Position numbers and translations under genes: made by a program. A stretch of 64,000 nt of DNA from Antedon mediterranea (Eukaryota > Animalia > Echinodermata): NCBI RefSeq assembly GCF_964355755.1, contig NC_092670.1:1168201-1232200 (forward strand), read 5' to 3'. This document shows, one piece after another, positions 1-11,550 of the stretch; the stretch's first letter is position 1; every line of letters begins with the position of its first letter. Under the pieces are notes generated by a model. That model saw only the letters and a list, made by a program, of their open reading frames with translations, was not told the DNA's origin and made no database searches.

Positions 1-1692
1 GGATAGAACAGCAGCTACTACAAGCACTGTCATCATTAAAACGTGTACAGATTAGAATGGAAACCCCCAGTGGATAGAACAGCAGGTACTACAAGCACTG
101 TCATCATTAAAACGTGTACAGATTAGAATGGAAACCCCCAGTGGTTAGAAGAGCAGCTACTACAAGCACTGTCATCATTAAAACGTGTACAGATTAGAAT
201 GGAAACCTCCAGTGGTTAGAAGAGCAGCTACTACAAGCACTGTCATCATTAAAACGTGTACAGATTAGAATGGAAACCCCCAGTGGTTAGAACAGCAGCT
301 ACTACAAGCACTGTCATCATTAAAACGTGTACAGATTAGAATGGAAACCCCCAGTGGATAGAACAGCAGCTACTACAAGCACTGTCATCATTAAAACGTG
401 TACAGATTAGAATGGAAACCCCCAGTGGATAGAACAGCAGCTACTACAAGCACTGTCATCATTAAAACGTGTACAGATTAGAATGGAAACCTCCAGTGGT
501 TAGAACAGCAGCTACTACAAGCACTGTCATCATTAAAACGTGTACAGATTAGAATGGAAACCCCCAGTGGATAGAACAGCAGCTACTACAAGCACTGTCA
601 TCATTAAAACGTGTACAGATTAGAATGGAAACCTCCAGTGGTTAGAACAGCAGCTACTACAAGCACTGTCATCATTAAAACGTGTACAGATTAGAATGGA
701 AACCCCCAGTGGTTAGAAGAGCAGCTACTACAAGCACTGTCATCATTAAAACGTGTACAGATTAGAATGGAAACCCCCAGTGGTTAGAAGAGCAGCTACT
801 ACAAGCACTGTCATCATTAAAACGTGTACAGATTAGAATGGAAACCCCCAGTGGATAGAACAGCAGCTACTACAAGCACTGTCATCATTAAAACGTGTAC
901 AGATTAGAATGGAAACCTCCAGTGGATAGAACAGCAGCTACTACAAGCACTGTCATCATTAAAACGTGTACAGATTAGAATTGAAACCCCCAGTGGTTAG
1001 AACAGCAGCTACTACAAGCACTGTCATCATTAAAACGTGTACAGATTAGAATTGAAACCCCCAGTGGTTAGAAGAGCAGCTACTACAAGCACTGTCATCA
1101 TTAAAACGTGTACAGATTAGAATGGAAACCCCCAGTGGTTAGAACAGCAGCTACTACAAGCACTGTCATCATTAAAACGTGTACAGATTAGAATGGAAAC
1201 CCCCAGTGGTTAGAACAGCAGCTACTACAAGCACTGTCATCATTAAAACGTGTACAGATTAGAATGGAAACCCCCAGTGGATAGAACAGCAGCTACTACA
1301 AGCACTGTCATCATTAAAACGTGTACAGATTAGAATGGAAACCCCCAGTGGATAGAACAGCAGCTACTACAAGCACTGTCATCATTAAAACGTGTACAGA
1401 TTAGAATGGAAACCCCCAGTGGATAGAACAGCAGCTACTACAAGCACTGTCATCATTAAAACGTGTACAGATTAGAATGGAAACCCCCAGTGGATAGAAC
1501 AGCAGCTACTACAAGCACTGTCATCATTAAAACGTGTACAGATTAGAATGGAAACCCCCAGTGGATAGAAGAGCAGCTACTACAAGCACTGTCATCATTA
1601 AAACGTGTACAGATTAGAATGGAAACCCCCAGTGGATAGAACAGCAGCTACTACAAGCACTGTCATCATTAAAACGTGTACAGATTAGAATG
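1..1692. repeat. 71-bp minisatellite, ~24 near-identical copies (truncated by window start)
   Basis: Unit GGATAGAACAGCAGCTACTACAAGCACTGTCATCATTAAAACGTGTACAGATTAGAATGGAAACCCCCAGT recurs every 71 bp with a few recurrent SNPs. Confidence 0.97.
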
Positions 1693-1725
1693 TATTAACA
1701 TTATCAATATTACTCCTCATCTTAC

Positions 1726-1837
1726 CACAATCATTGAAAACAACAGATACATGACAATCTCCTCGTTCTACAGTGTGACTGTTTGAAACTACCAGAGCCA
1801 CCATCAGTGACAAGACGGTCAACCTCACCAGCTGCAT
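1726..1837 (-). CDS. First coding exon of a probable secreted/membrane protein (signal peptide); the gene continues leftward
   Basis: Minus strand reads ATG(1837) MQLVRLTVLSLMVALVVSNSHTVERGDCHVSVVFNDC then G|GTAAG donor (phase 1). Upstream CAG acceptor at 1857-1859 and a likely 5'UTR donor G|GTAGGT at ~2071. Confidence 0.55.
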
Positions 1838-2328
1838 CTTCACTTGTCAGTTTATTCTGTATGTTTAGTCTACCTCAGAAAATGAATGTATAACAGTCGG
1901 CTGTGGAAAGTGTATTTATAGTCCAGTAATCAGGAAAAGGGTCCAGTCTAATAATCTGAGGTAGGGCATTAAATAACCAAAAAATCCGGCTTTTAAGCCT
2001 ACTCAAACTATGTAATACATTTTTCAATACTAATTAATGTTGTTGACCTGACTTTCGTACTCCATACCTACCGGACAGTACCGTATCAATCATCGATTAA
2101 GGAAAAGTAAAAAACTCTTCTGGTTTGTTATGTGTGTGAAAGGGATAATATATATGAACTTTAAATTCATCGCAATTGTGGACTAGACAATGTGTTGATA
2201 GATTCGATAATGTATGACTTATGTGTATCACGAATTTAATTTACTACAGTTAGCATTTTACAACTTTCTTTTTTTACATACACTCTAGATTTGTTGAGAA
2301 AATAGAAGTGTCAAAAACAAACAAAATT

Positions 2329-2850
2329 ATACTATTATGGAGAATGACAACCTTCCTCTAGTACACGTAAGGCGTACATTACATTGTACTATTATAGGAG
2401 AATGACAACCTTCCTCTAGTACACGTAAGGCGTACATTACATTGTACTATTATACGAGAATGACAACCTTCCTCTAGTACACGTAAGGCGTACATTACAT
2501 TGTACTATTATAGGAGAATGACAACCTTCCTCTAGTACACGTAAGGCGTACATTACATTGTACTATTATAGGAGAATGACAACCTTCCTCTAGGTACACG
2601 TAAGGCGTACATTACATTGTACTATTATAGGAGAATGACAACCTTCCTCTAATACACGTAAGGCGTACATTACATTGTACTATTATGGAGAATGACAACC
2701 TTCCTCTAGTACACGTAAGGCGTACATTACATTGTACTATTATGGAGAATGACAACCTTCCTCTAGTACACGTAAGGCGTACATTACATTGTACTATTAT
2801 ACGAGAATGACAACCTTCCTCTAGTACACGTAAGGCGTACATTACATTGT
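2329..2850. repeat. 57-59-bp minisatellite, ~9 copies, overlapping the LRR gene stop codon
   Basis: Unit TACTATTATGGAGAATGACAACCTTCCTCTAGTACACGTAAGGCGTACATTACATTG; the last copy contains TTACATTGT, the reverse complement of ACA ATG TAA. Confidence 0.95.
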
Positions 2851-5439
2851 CCAAGTCCTCTTTAAATATTTGTTTGATAAATCATCGTCTGGGTTCTGTA
2901 AAGTTAATATATTCCACATCATTGTATGTTTCTTTTGTTTCCTGTCTGCCCTGCAGCCAGATTGTTGAGAACATCCATCTTGTATAGCGCACACATCAAA
3001 ATCAAGACTTTTTATACGCATGATTTTTGGTTTGATATTATATGGTTCCTCATAATACTGCGTGCTTGCTGCGAGTCCTTGCAGTGTCTGTCCACATATC
3101 TCATAAGGATTGTTGTATAAGGCATCGTCAATAATTGTTAGGTAAGAGTTTGCATTGTCAGGACAACGAGATAAATATCCGTTGACGGTGCTTTCTAAAC
3201 TTTGTACTGACGCAGACTTAGACTGACCACGTGGGGATAAATAATCTGTGTCGTCTGACGTATAACGTGTGTTTTTGATTTGCATGTTTCTCATAGTTTG
3301 ATCTTCCAACGCTTTAGTTTTCAGCGCCATTGGGATATCATCAATTTCTGCGTACAAACTTTCGTCACTTCCTTTAAATTTGTTAATTATTGATGAATAA
3401 AAGCTGCTGTTTGTTGTGATATTACGTAACATGCACAATAGACCGATAATTAAAATTATGAGTACCGGAATAATGATCAATGTAGCGGCAAAGAGAATGC
3501 CTTTCGCACTTGGTGCAGTTTCTGCAACTGCAACATCGCTTTTAATATCACCCAAAGACGTTTCCACCGATGATGTCATGTTCATTGTTACGTTCGCAGG
3601 CTGAAAGTTAACTTCGTAGATTGTCGAAGACATTTTATTACTGTATATTGCCAGACATGTATAAACGCCTTCAATCTCTACAAATAATTGTTCACCAGCA
3701 TAGTGTTTCTCTTCAGATTTTGAATCTAAATACCAGCAAGTAGCAATACTATCACCCGAAGTATTTGACGGTTGAAAACAGTCCAACTCAAAGGAAGTTT
3801 TGGAACTGTCAATGCTAACTATTTCCCTATTGATATTTCCTTCTTCAGAACACCACTCCATATAGTCATTACAAGTTAGATCAGCAATACTTGTGTTGAA
3901 GTAGTTGGAACAAATTACAGGAGATGGAACTTCGGATGTAGATAAACACGTCATAGAAGACTCATCACCATCCATAGTGACCTCAATGTCAGTGCATCCA
4001 CACTTGTTCGGGTGAGTTTTTATAAACTGACTCAACGGTGCGGAAAAACAATCACATTTCAACATATTGCCTGCCAGATAAAGATGTTCCAAATTTGGAA
4101 ACATCTGCAACATGCTTCCAGACACTGTTTGAAGTTTGTTATCTTCTAAACAAATTATTCGGACAGAAGGAAATATTTGCGTGTTGTTAAAGCAATTCAA
4201 AGTACAATTACTTTCCTGTGAGGAAGTCACTGAGATATCCCCAACCAGAACATCCTGTATCATGTTTTGCGATAGTATAACAATTGATAACTTACTAAGA
4301 GGTGTAAACATATCAAAATCAACGCTTACAATCTTGTTATCACGCAACACAAGTTTCTGTAAATTTGTGAGTTTGTTCAGCCCGGGTGGTACCTCTGAAA
4401 TCTCATTCGAATCCAGCCAAAGTTCCTTAAGATTTGACATCGCTTTCCAGACACGTGAGGAAACATTCTTAATTCTGTTTTGTGATAGATATAAGTACTC
4501 TAATTGCCGTAATTGGCGGCCATTTTGTGCGCTACCCACTATATTGTTAATAGATTTAAGTCCGTTCCTCTTTAAACTTAGTATTTGTAGTTTATTTAAA
4601 TTTCTAAACGACGAACCACCAATTTTTCGGATATCATTCTCATCGAGTCTTAATTTTAGGAGACTAGAGATGACATTTAAACCAATTACTTTCCTAAAGC
4701 TATTCTTTGATAAGTCAAGAGTCTGAAGCTCTACTAATCCGCTAAAATCTATGGATTTCAACATGTGTGTGTAAATAATGTTGTCACGTAGATAGAGTTC
4801 TTTGAGATTCGACAAATCCTCAAATGTACGGCTATCTATCTGCCTTATTCCATTATCTGAAATATTTAACAATTGAAGTTTCTCTAGACCTTTGAAATGA
4901 TTACGACGGAGATATTTAATGTCATTCATTTGTAAATAAAGTACCTTTAACCGAGTTGAATTTCTAAAACTATAATCACAAATTGTTGTAATCTTGTTAT
5001 TCGATAAATTTAAAGTTTCTAAGTCATCTAGGCCAGTGAAAATACAACTGGTAAGTTTTTGAATTCGGTTTCCTCCCAAGTTGATCGATTTTAGCCTAGG
5101 CAAAGTGAAGAACGGTCCGGGTTTAGGCCTACTATCTTTCCCCGAAGGCATAACTTCGTCTAGGTCATCAGAAAAACAGCACGATTTTTCTGTTCTATCC
5201 GAGTATGACTCCAGAGTAGAAACCTTATTGTTTGACAGATCTAATGTAGTTGTTTTGGTACATTCATCGGGCATTCGTCTCAGTGCCTTCGTCCAATTCC
5301 CAATACCACGATCGTTACAGTCACATATACTTTTTTTCTCATCATTCAACTCACACTTGTTCCTTTTGAGTCCGTAAGTATATACAATCACTAGTTGAGT
5401 TAAAAGTAATAAAATAATTCGTAGGCCTACTAGACGCAT
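2842..5439 (-). CDS. Single-exon leucine-rich-repeat type I transmembrane receptor (signal peptide, LRRNT, many LRRs, LRRCT, degenerate Ig-like segment, TM, Tyr-rich tail, no TIR)
   Basis: 865-aa ORF. Hydrophobic N-terminus; repeated LxxLxLxxNxI; LRRCT GNMLKCDC; C...W...EGVYTC Ig-like motif; TM GILFAATLIIIPVLIILIIGLLCML. Confidence 0.9.
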   Translation of the reverse strand: MRLVGLRIILLLLTQLVIVYTYGLKRNKCELNDEKKSICDCNDRGIGNWTKALRRMPDECTKTTTLDLSNNKVSTLESYSDRTEKSCCFSDDLDEVMPSGKDSRPKPGPFFTLPRLKSINLGGNRIQKLTSCIFTGLDDLETLNLSNNKITTICDYSFRNSTRLKVLYLQMNDIKYLRRNHFKGLEKLQLLNISDNGIRQIDSRTFEDLSNLKELYLRDNIIYTHMLKSIDFSGLVELQTLDLSKNSFRKVIGLNVISSLLKLRLDENDIRKIGGSSFRNLNKLQILSLKRNGLKSINNIVGSAQNGRQLRQLEYLYLSQNRIKNVSSRVWKAMSNLKELWLDSNEISEVPPGLNKLTNLQKLVLRDNKIVSVDFDMFTPLSKLSIVILSQNMIQDVLVGDISVTSSQESNCTLNCFNNTQIFPSVRIICLEDNKLQTVSGSMLQMFPNLEHLYLAGNMLKCDCFSAPLSQFIKTHPNKCGCTDIEVTMDGDESSMTCLSTSEVPSPVICSNYFNTSIADLTCNDYMEWCSEEGNINREIVSIDSSKTSFELDCFQPSNTSGDSIATCWYLDSKSEEKHYAGEQLFVEIEGVYTCLAIYSNKMSSTIYEVNFQPANVTMNMTSSVETSLGDIKSDVAVAETAPSAKGILFAATLIIIPVLIILIIGLLCMLRNITTNSSFYSSIINKFKGSDESLYAEIDDIPMALKTKALEDQTMRNMQIKNTRYTSDDTDYLSPRGQSKSASVQSLESTVNGYLSRCPDNANSYLTIIDDALYNNPYEICGQTLQGLAASTQYYEEPYNIKPKIMRIKSLDFDVCAIQDGCSQQSGCRADRKQKKHTMMWNILTLQNPDDDLSNKYLKRTWTM

Positions 5440-6199
5440 GTTTCTTAGATATGTTGGGCCTTTTTGAATTCCAAACCAGCAACACTGTAATGTTCATGCG
5501 GCATCGATCTGCGTGCAGTTTTTTTTAATGTGTGTACCACCAAGAATTGACGTTGACGCACTAACAAAATATAGGTTTGACTTTATTACCGGTGGCCCAG
5601 CCTCTCGACTGGTATATTGGCGTATTTCCGTTCTTCAAATTTCAAGAATGGCACTTAAATCTGGCCTGCTCACTTTGCTGCGTCTGTGTAAAATGGTTTG
5701 CAATGGATAGAGTTACGGTACGGTGCATCTTTCACTCGCATATGATCTGTAATCATTAGGCTATTCTTCGATTGAAATTGTCCTTTAATATTCTTGACTT
5801 GACTTAATTTCAACTTCCAAACAATTCTAGGCGCGTGATGTCGTATTAAATAGTTTCCAATCTGTTTGTTCAACAGTTTCCTTCCTTTTATTATCACGGT
5901 TGAGCATCCATCCTTGGTGGTACATCGATTGTTTGGTTTCTACAGGTTATTAACCACTAAAGCGCCTTCATGTAATACCAGCATCTTCCCAAAATCAAGT
6001 AATATTAGCACCCATAACAGTTTAAAATGTAAACCAACACTGCTTTTAAATGTTAACACAATAATCGTCTAACTTCGAATCAGCGGCGGTTTTAAGACTC
6101 ATAAACTATAAAATAAAAATCATACGGTTTAATAATTTCTCTACACAAGTACAATCTGCGTCACGCGTACATGCGTACGAATTAATCAATAATTGGTAT

Positions 6200-9100
6200 C
6201 AAAGAACTTATAACACAAGAATCTCCTGTTCTTCAATTTGCATTCAAAACACAGTATCGGAAGTACAGGGTTAAAAGGTCAAACTGGGCGACGCCATTTC
6301 ACAGCATGGAGCAGGAGGTATATTCAGAGCGTCATTTCGACGATCGAGCATTCTCTACTTCTACGGAGCGCCATTTATGCCTTTATTTACTTACGAAATA
6401 GAAATAGTACTACGGTAGCTGCTCCAGTGGACAAATTTAGCACTAGTGGAGCGCAGTGATATAAAATAGAAATAAGTCACTAATTTTAATATTCTTTTCG
6501 TATGTTAATACACTGTGCTCAAGTGGACACAATTTGGCGCCAGTGAGGAGCACAGTGATATAAAATAAAAAATAAGTCACTGAATTTTAATATCTTTTCG
6601 TATGTTATACACTGTCCTCAAGTGGACCGAATTTGGAGCCAGGGGAGCACAGTGATATAAAATAGAAATAAGTCACTGAATTTTAATATTTTTTCGTATG
6701 TTAATACACTGTGCTCAAGTGGACCCAATTTGGCGCCAGGAGAGCACAGTGATATAAAATAGAAAGAAGTCACTGAATGTTAATATATTTTCGTATGTTA
6801 ATACACTGTGCTCAAGTGGACCCAATTTGGAGCCAGTGGAGCACAGTGATATAAAATAGAAATAAGTCACTAAATTTTAATATCTTTTCGTATGGTTATA
6901 CACTGTGCTCAAGTGGACTCAATTTGGAGCCAGGGGAGCACAGTGATATAAAATTGAAAAAAGTCACTGAATTTTAATATCTTTTCGTATGTTAATACAC
7001 TGTGCTCAAGTGGACCCAATTTGGAGCCAGTGGAGCACAGTGATATAAAACAGAAAAAAGTCACTGAATTTTAATATCTTTTCGTATGTCAATACACTGT
7101 GCTCAAGGGAACCCAATTTGGCGCCAGGGAAGAGAGCACAGTGATATAAAATAGAAATAAGTCATTGAATGTTAATATATTTTCGTATGTTAATACACTG
7201 TGCTCAAGTGGACCCAATTTGGCGCCAGTGGAGCACAGTGATATAAAATGGAAAAACGGTCACTGAATTTTAATATCTTTTCGTATTTAATATACACTAT
7301 GCTCAAGTGGACCCGATTTGGAGCCAGGGGAGCACTGTGATATAAAATAGAAATAAGTCACTAAATTTTAATATCTTTTCGTATGTTAATACACTGTGCT
7401 TACGTGGACCCAATTTGGCGCGCACGCCAGTGAGCACAGTAATATAAAATAGAAAAAAGTCACTAAATTTTAATATCTTTTCGTATGTTAATACACTGTA
7501 CTCAAGTGGACCCAATTTGGCACCAATGGGAGCACGGGGAAATAGTCACATACAAAAACATCGAGAAAAAATACTTCAAACTTGGTATATATGTTCAATA
7601 TCGGTTACTCCATCCGTAAATCAAAAGAAAAAATAGTTTCAAGCCACATCAGTGATTTTAATAACTTGCGTTCGCTTAAGATAATACTTATGAAAAAACA
7701 TACAATTCCGACACATATTATGTTAAACTCTAATAATGATTTTGACAACAAAAAAAACGGTTAGGAAATCAATTTTTTCCCTGTAAATTGAGCAACTTAA
7801 ATTAAAAATATACCAAGAAATATATGTTGAAATCAAGGAGTATTTTTTTTTTACAAAAGAAATGTTCGTATGTTAATACACTGTGCTCCAGTGGATCCAA
7901 TTTGGCGCCAGTGGAGCACAGGGAAATAGTCACATACAAAAACTTATAGAAAAAAAATTTATCGAATTCAAAAATATTTCAAACTTGGTATATAAGTTCA
8001 ATATCGGTTACTCCATCCGTAATGCAAAAGAAAAATTAGTTTCAAGCCACATTAGTGATTTTAATAACTTGCGTTTGTCTAAGATAAATACTTATGAAAG
8101 AATACAATTCCAAAACATTTTTTTAAACTTTAGCGATTAAAAAAAAGACATGTTAAAAATATGAATTATGTAGTAACATATTGAACGTGTAGTAACCTAT
8201 TGAACGTATACTACCAAATTTCAAATGTGTAGGACAATTATTAATTTGATGACGATCAAAATTTAAAGTTTAAAAAATGTGTTGGAATTCTATGTTCTAT
8301 CATAAATATACATTTTAAACGAACGAAAATTACTAAAATCACTGATATGGCTTGAAACTAATTTTTCTTTTGCATACGGATGGAGTAACCGATATTGAAC
8401 TTTTATACAAAGTTTGAAATATTTTTGAAATCCAGAAGTATTTTTGTTGACTATTTCCCTGTGCTCCATTGGCGCCAAATTGGATCCACTGGAGCACAGT
8501 GTATTAACATACGAACATTTCTTTTGTAAAAAAAAATACTCCTTAATTTCAATATATATTTCTTGGTATATTTTTAATTTAAGTTGCTCAATTTACAGGG
8601 AAAAAATCGAATTCCTAACCGGTTTTTTGTTGTTGTAAAAATCATTATTAGAGTTTAACATATGTGTCGGAATTGTATGTTTTTTCGTAAGTATTATCTT
8701 AAGCAAACGTAATTTTATTAAAATCACTGATGTGGCTTGAAACTATTTTTTCTTTTGGTTTACGGATAGAGTAACCGATATTGAACATACATACCAAGTT
8801 TGAAATATTTTTTAATTCCAGAAGTATTTTTTCTCGATGTTTTTGTATGTGACTATTTCCCTGTGCTCCCATTGTTGCCAAATTGGGTCCACTTGAGCAC
8901 AGTGTATTCAAATACGAAAAGATATTATAATTTAGTGACTTTTTTTCTATTTTATATCACTGTGTGCTTACTGGGCGCGCGCGCCAAATTGGGTCCACGT
9001 GAGCACAGTATATTAACATACGAAAAGATATTAAAATTCAGTGACATTTTTTTCTATTTTATATCACTGTGCTCCACTGGCTCCAAATTGGGTCCACTTG

Positions 9101-9698
9101 CGCACAGTGTATTAACATACGAAAAGATATTACAATTCAGTGACTTTTTTCTATTTTATATCACTGTGCTCCCCTGCCTCCAAATTGGGTCCACTTGAGC
9201 ACAGTGTATTAACATACAAAAAGATACTAAAAATCATTGACTTATTTCTATTTTATGTCACTGTGCTCTCCTGGCTCCAAATTGGGTCCACTTGTGCACA
9301 GTGTATTAACATACGAAAATATATTAAAATTCAGTGATTTATTTCTATTTTATATTATTGAGCTCCCCTGGCTCCAATTTGGGTCCACTTGAGCACAGTG
9401 TATTTACATACGAAAAGATATTAAAATTAGTGACTTATTTCTATTTTATATCCCTGTGCTCCACCGGTGCTAAATTTGGTCCACTGGAGCAGTTACCGTA
9501 GTACTATTTCTAATTCGGAAGTAAATAAAGGCATAAATGGCGCTCCGTAGAAGTAGAGAATGCTCGATCGTCGTCGAAATGACGCTCTGAATATACCTCC
9601 AATGGCGCCACTTATTAGCTCTATTCTATCCAACAATGCTTTCCGAAATTATTACGCGCTTCGGACGAACAGGAGATTCTTGTGTTATAAGTTCTTCG
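6200..9698. mobile_element. Non-autonomous foldback DNA transposon (P/Galileo-like ends), long inverted arms with internal ~88-bp tandem repeats
   Basis: Outer TIR CAAAGAACTTATAACACAAGAATCTCCTGTTC (6200-6231) pairs with 9667-9698. TSD TTGGTAT at 6193-6199 and 9699-9705. Inner arms 6314-~8140 and ~8266-9600 are reverse complements. No transposase ORF. Confidence 0.85.
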
Positions 9699-11550
9699 TT
9701 GGTATGCATTTATACAATTTGTGCCTAATAAAACTACAACACAAATCTTCATAAACAGTCCAGGTGTATCGCACCTTGCTAAATTGACTCCCCAAGCTTG
9801 TAATATTATTGTATAACTTTCCATTTTACTGTTAGATTTTCACAAGCCGAAGTAGACCTAAAGTTTGCAAACAAGAAAGCCTCCTAAAAATTATCAAAAA
9901 TATCAACGAGACATCTCATTTGACTAAAATTAGTGATATGTCTGTTACAGGTAATGGCATCTACAGAACTTTGATATTTATTATGGAATTAAAAAAACAC
10001 AATTGGCTTACATAATAATATTCTACAGTTCAATTTTGAGTTTAAAGACATTGCCAACACAATATCTACAATCACAGAGAATTATATTAAATCAAATTTT
10101 TGAATATATCTATACACAATAAAACTGAAAAATGTATCATTTATCATATCATATACAAACCACCATTATTCTAAATAATACAAAACACCTAGTTACATTG
10201 TTAAAGTAATATTAATAATAGCCACCACTGAATTTAAAATCAATCGCAAATCCTTCAAAATTATGGCTTGTGAAAATTAATAGCATACAGACATTGGAGT
10301 ACAACAAATCAAGTGATGTAGGTGTACCACTATAATCATTTATAAGAATATATTGTTGCATTGATACCCTTAACGCATGCGTAGAGGTGTGACTGCGTCG
10401 TATCGTAGGGGTGTGACTGCGTCGTTGGGGTATGTCTAGTGTTGCTGATTGGCCGATTGACGCAGCTACACTTCCTCTACTCTAGTGAATCACTTTTTGA
10501 ACTGCGATAACATGGGAGTTGGCTCTCTAGCCAATCTACAATACCTCTATGGGGTGTACACAATTCTGTATTCAGATTCATAATAGCATGCAGGTATTTT
10601 TTACCTCCATTATATATTTTGAAAGTAGTTGTACAGTATAATTTAATTAAGGTTTGTGGAAGTTTTCACAACTACTTAACAATAAAAAAAATATACTACA
10701 GTAATTAAAAGGAATATATTTTCAAAATAATTATATCTAAGGAAAGATATTCATAGAATATTTGATATAATCAAAACAACTTAATCATAAACTTTTTTTT
10801 ACTACATACACATTCTGCATTATAATTCTATACACTAAACAATAGGCTAATGTCTGATTATTTGAATTTTTACAGCAGTAATAACAATATTACAGCAATA
10901 TTACAGCAATATTACAGCAATATTCAAAAATCATATATTTTCTGAGAAGAGAATTAAATACACAACCTATATTTTGATAAAAGATAAAAATTACTAAAAA
11001 ATACTAATTTCATTTATTATTTTTTTTTCAGCTTGAAAATCAATAATTTTATTCTGCAATTAATGCGGCATCAATGATCCAATGTAAAAGGCCAATGCAT
11101 GTTGCATTTTTACATACAGTTTTTTATATACTATATATATATATACTGTATATATATATATATGCATTTGCAGTTTAGACATCTGGCAGATTTAAGGTCA
11201 TAGTTCATATCAAGCAATGCCGATAAAATGATGCAAGTATACGACTCGCATGACAGAGACATTGGTAGCACATCAATTGCAAAATAGAAGAATTGTAATG
11301 TACTTTCACATACACATAATTTAATAATGTATTTTCTTCATTTATATAAATTTGTTCAATATAATATGCTATACTTTGTTGTATATTTACCTTGATACAA
11401 GTAAAATAACATGACAAGGTTTTCTACTGAAGTTACTGCAGTAAACCTTTGCTTCATTATTGATAAGAATGTAGTAAGTATTAAGTTACTGCAGTAACTA
11501 CAGTAGAATTTCAACCTATTTCAATTTACATATTAATTTCTTTGTACAGG

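Noticed and set aside
1-1692. CRISPR-like appearance of this and other regular arrays
   Set aside because: Units are head-to-tail with no unique spacers, there are no cas genes, and the DNA is eukaryotic
4136-5377. Plus-strand ORFs (196 aa, 98 aa) overlapping the LRR gene
   Set aside because: Antisense shadows of the real minus-strand CDS
7303-9337. Short ORFs in the foldback arms as possible transposase
   Set aside because: Translations of the tandem units; no DDE or THAP motifs
10375-10485. Small inverted repeat GTAGAGGTGTGACTGCGTC...GACGCAGCTACACTTCCTCTAC
   Set aside because: Probably a decayed MITE fragment; no clear ends or TSD to support a call
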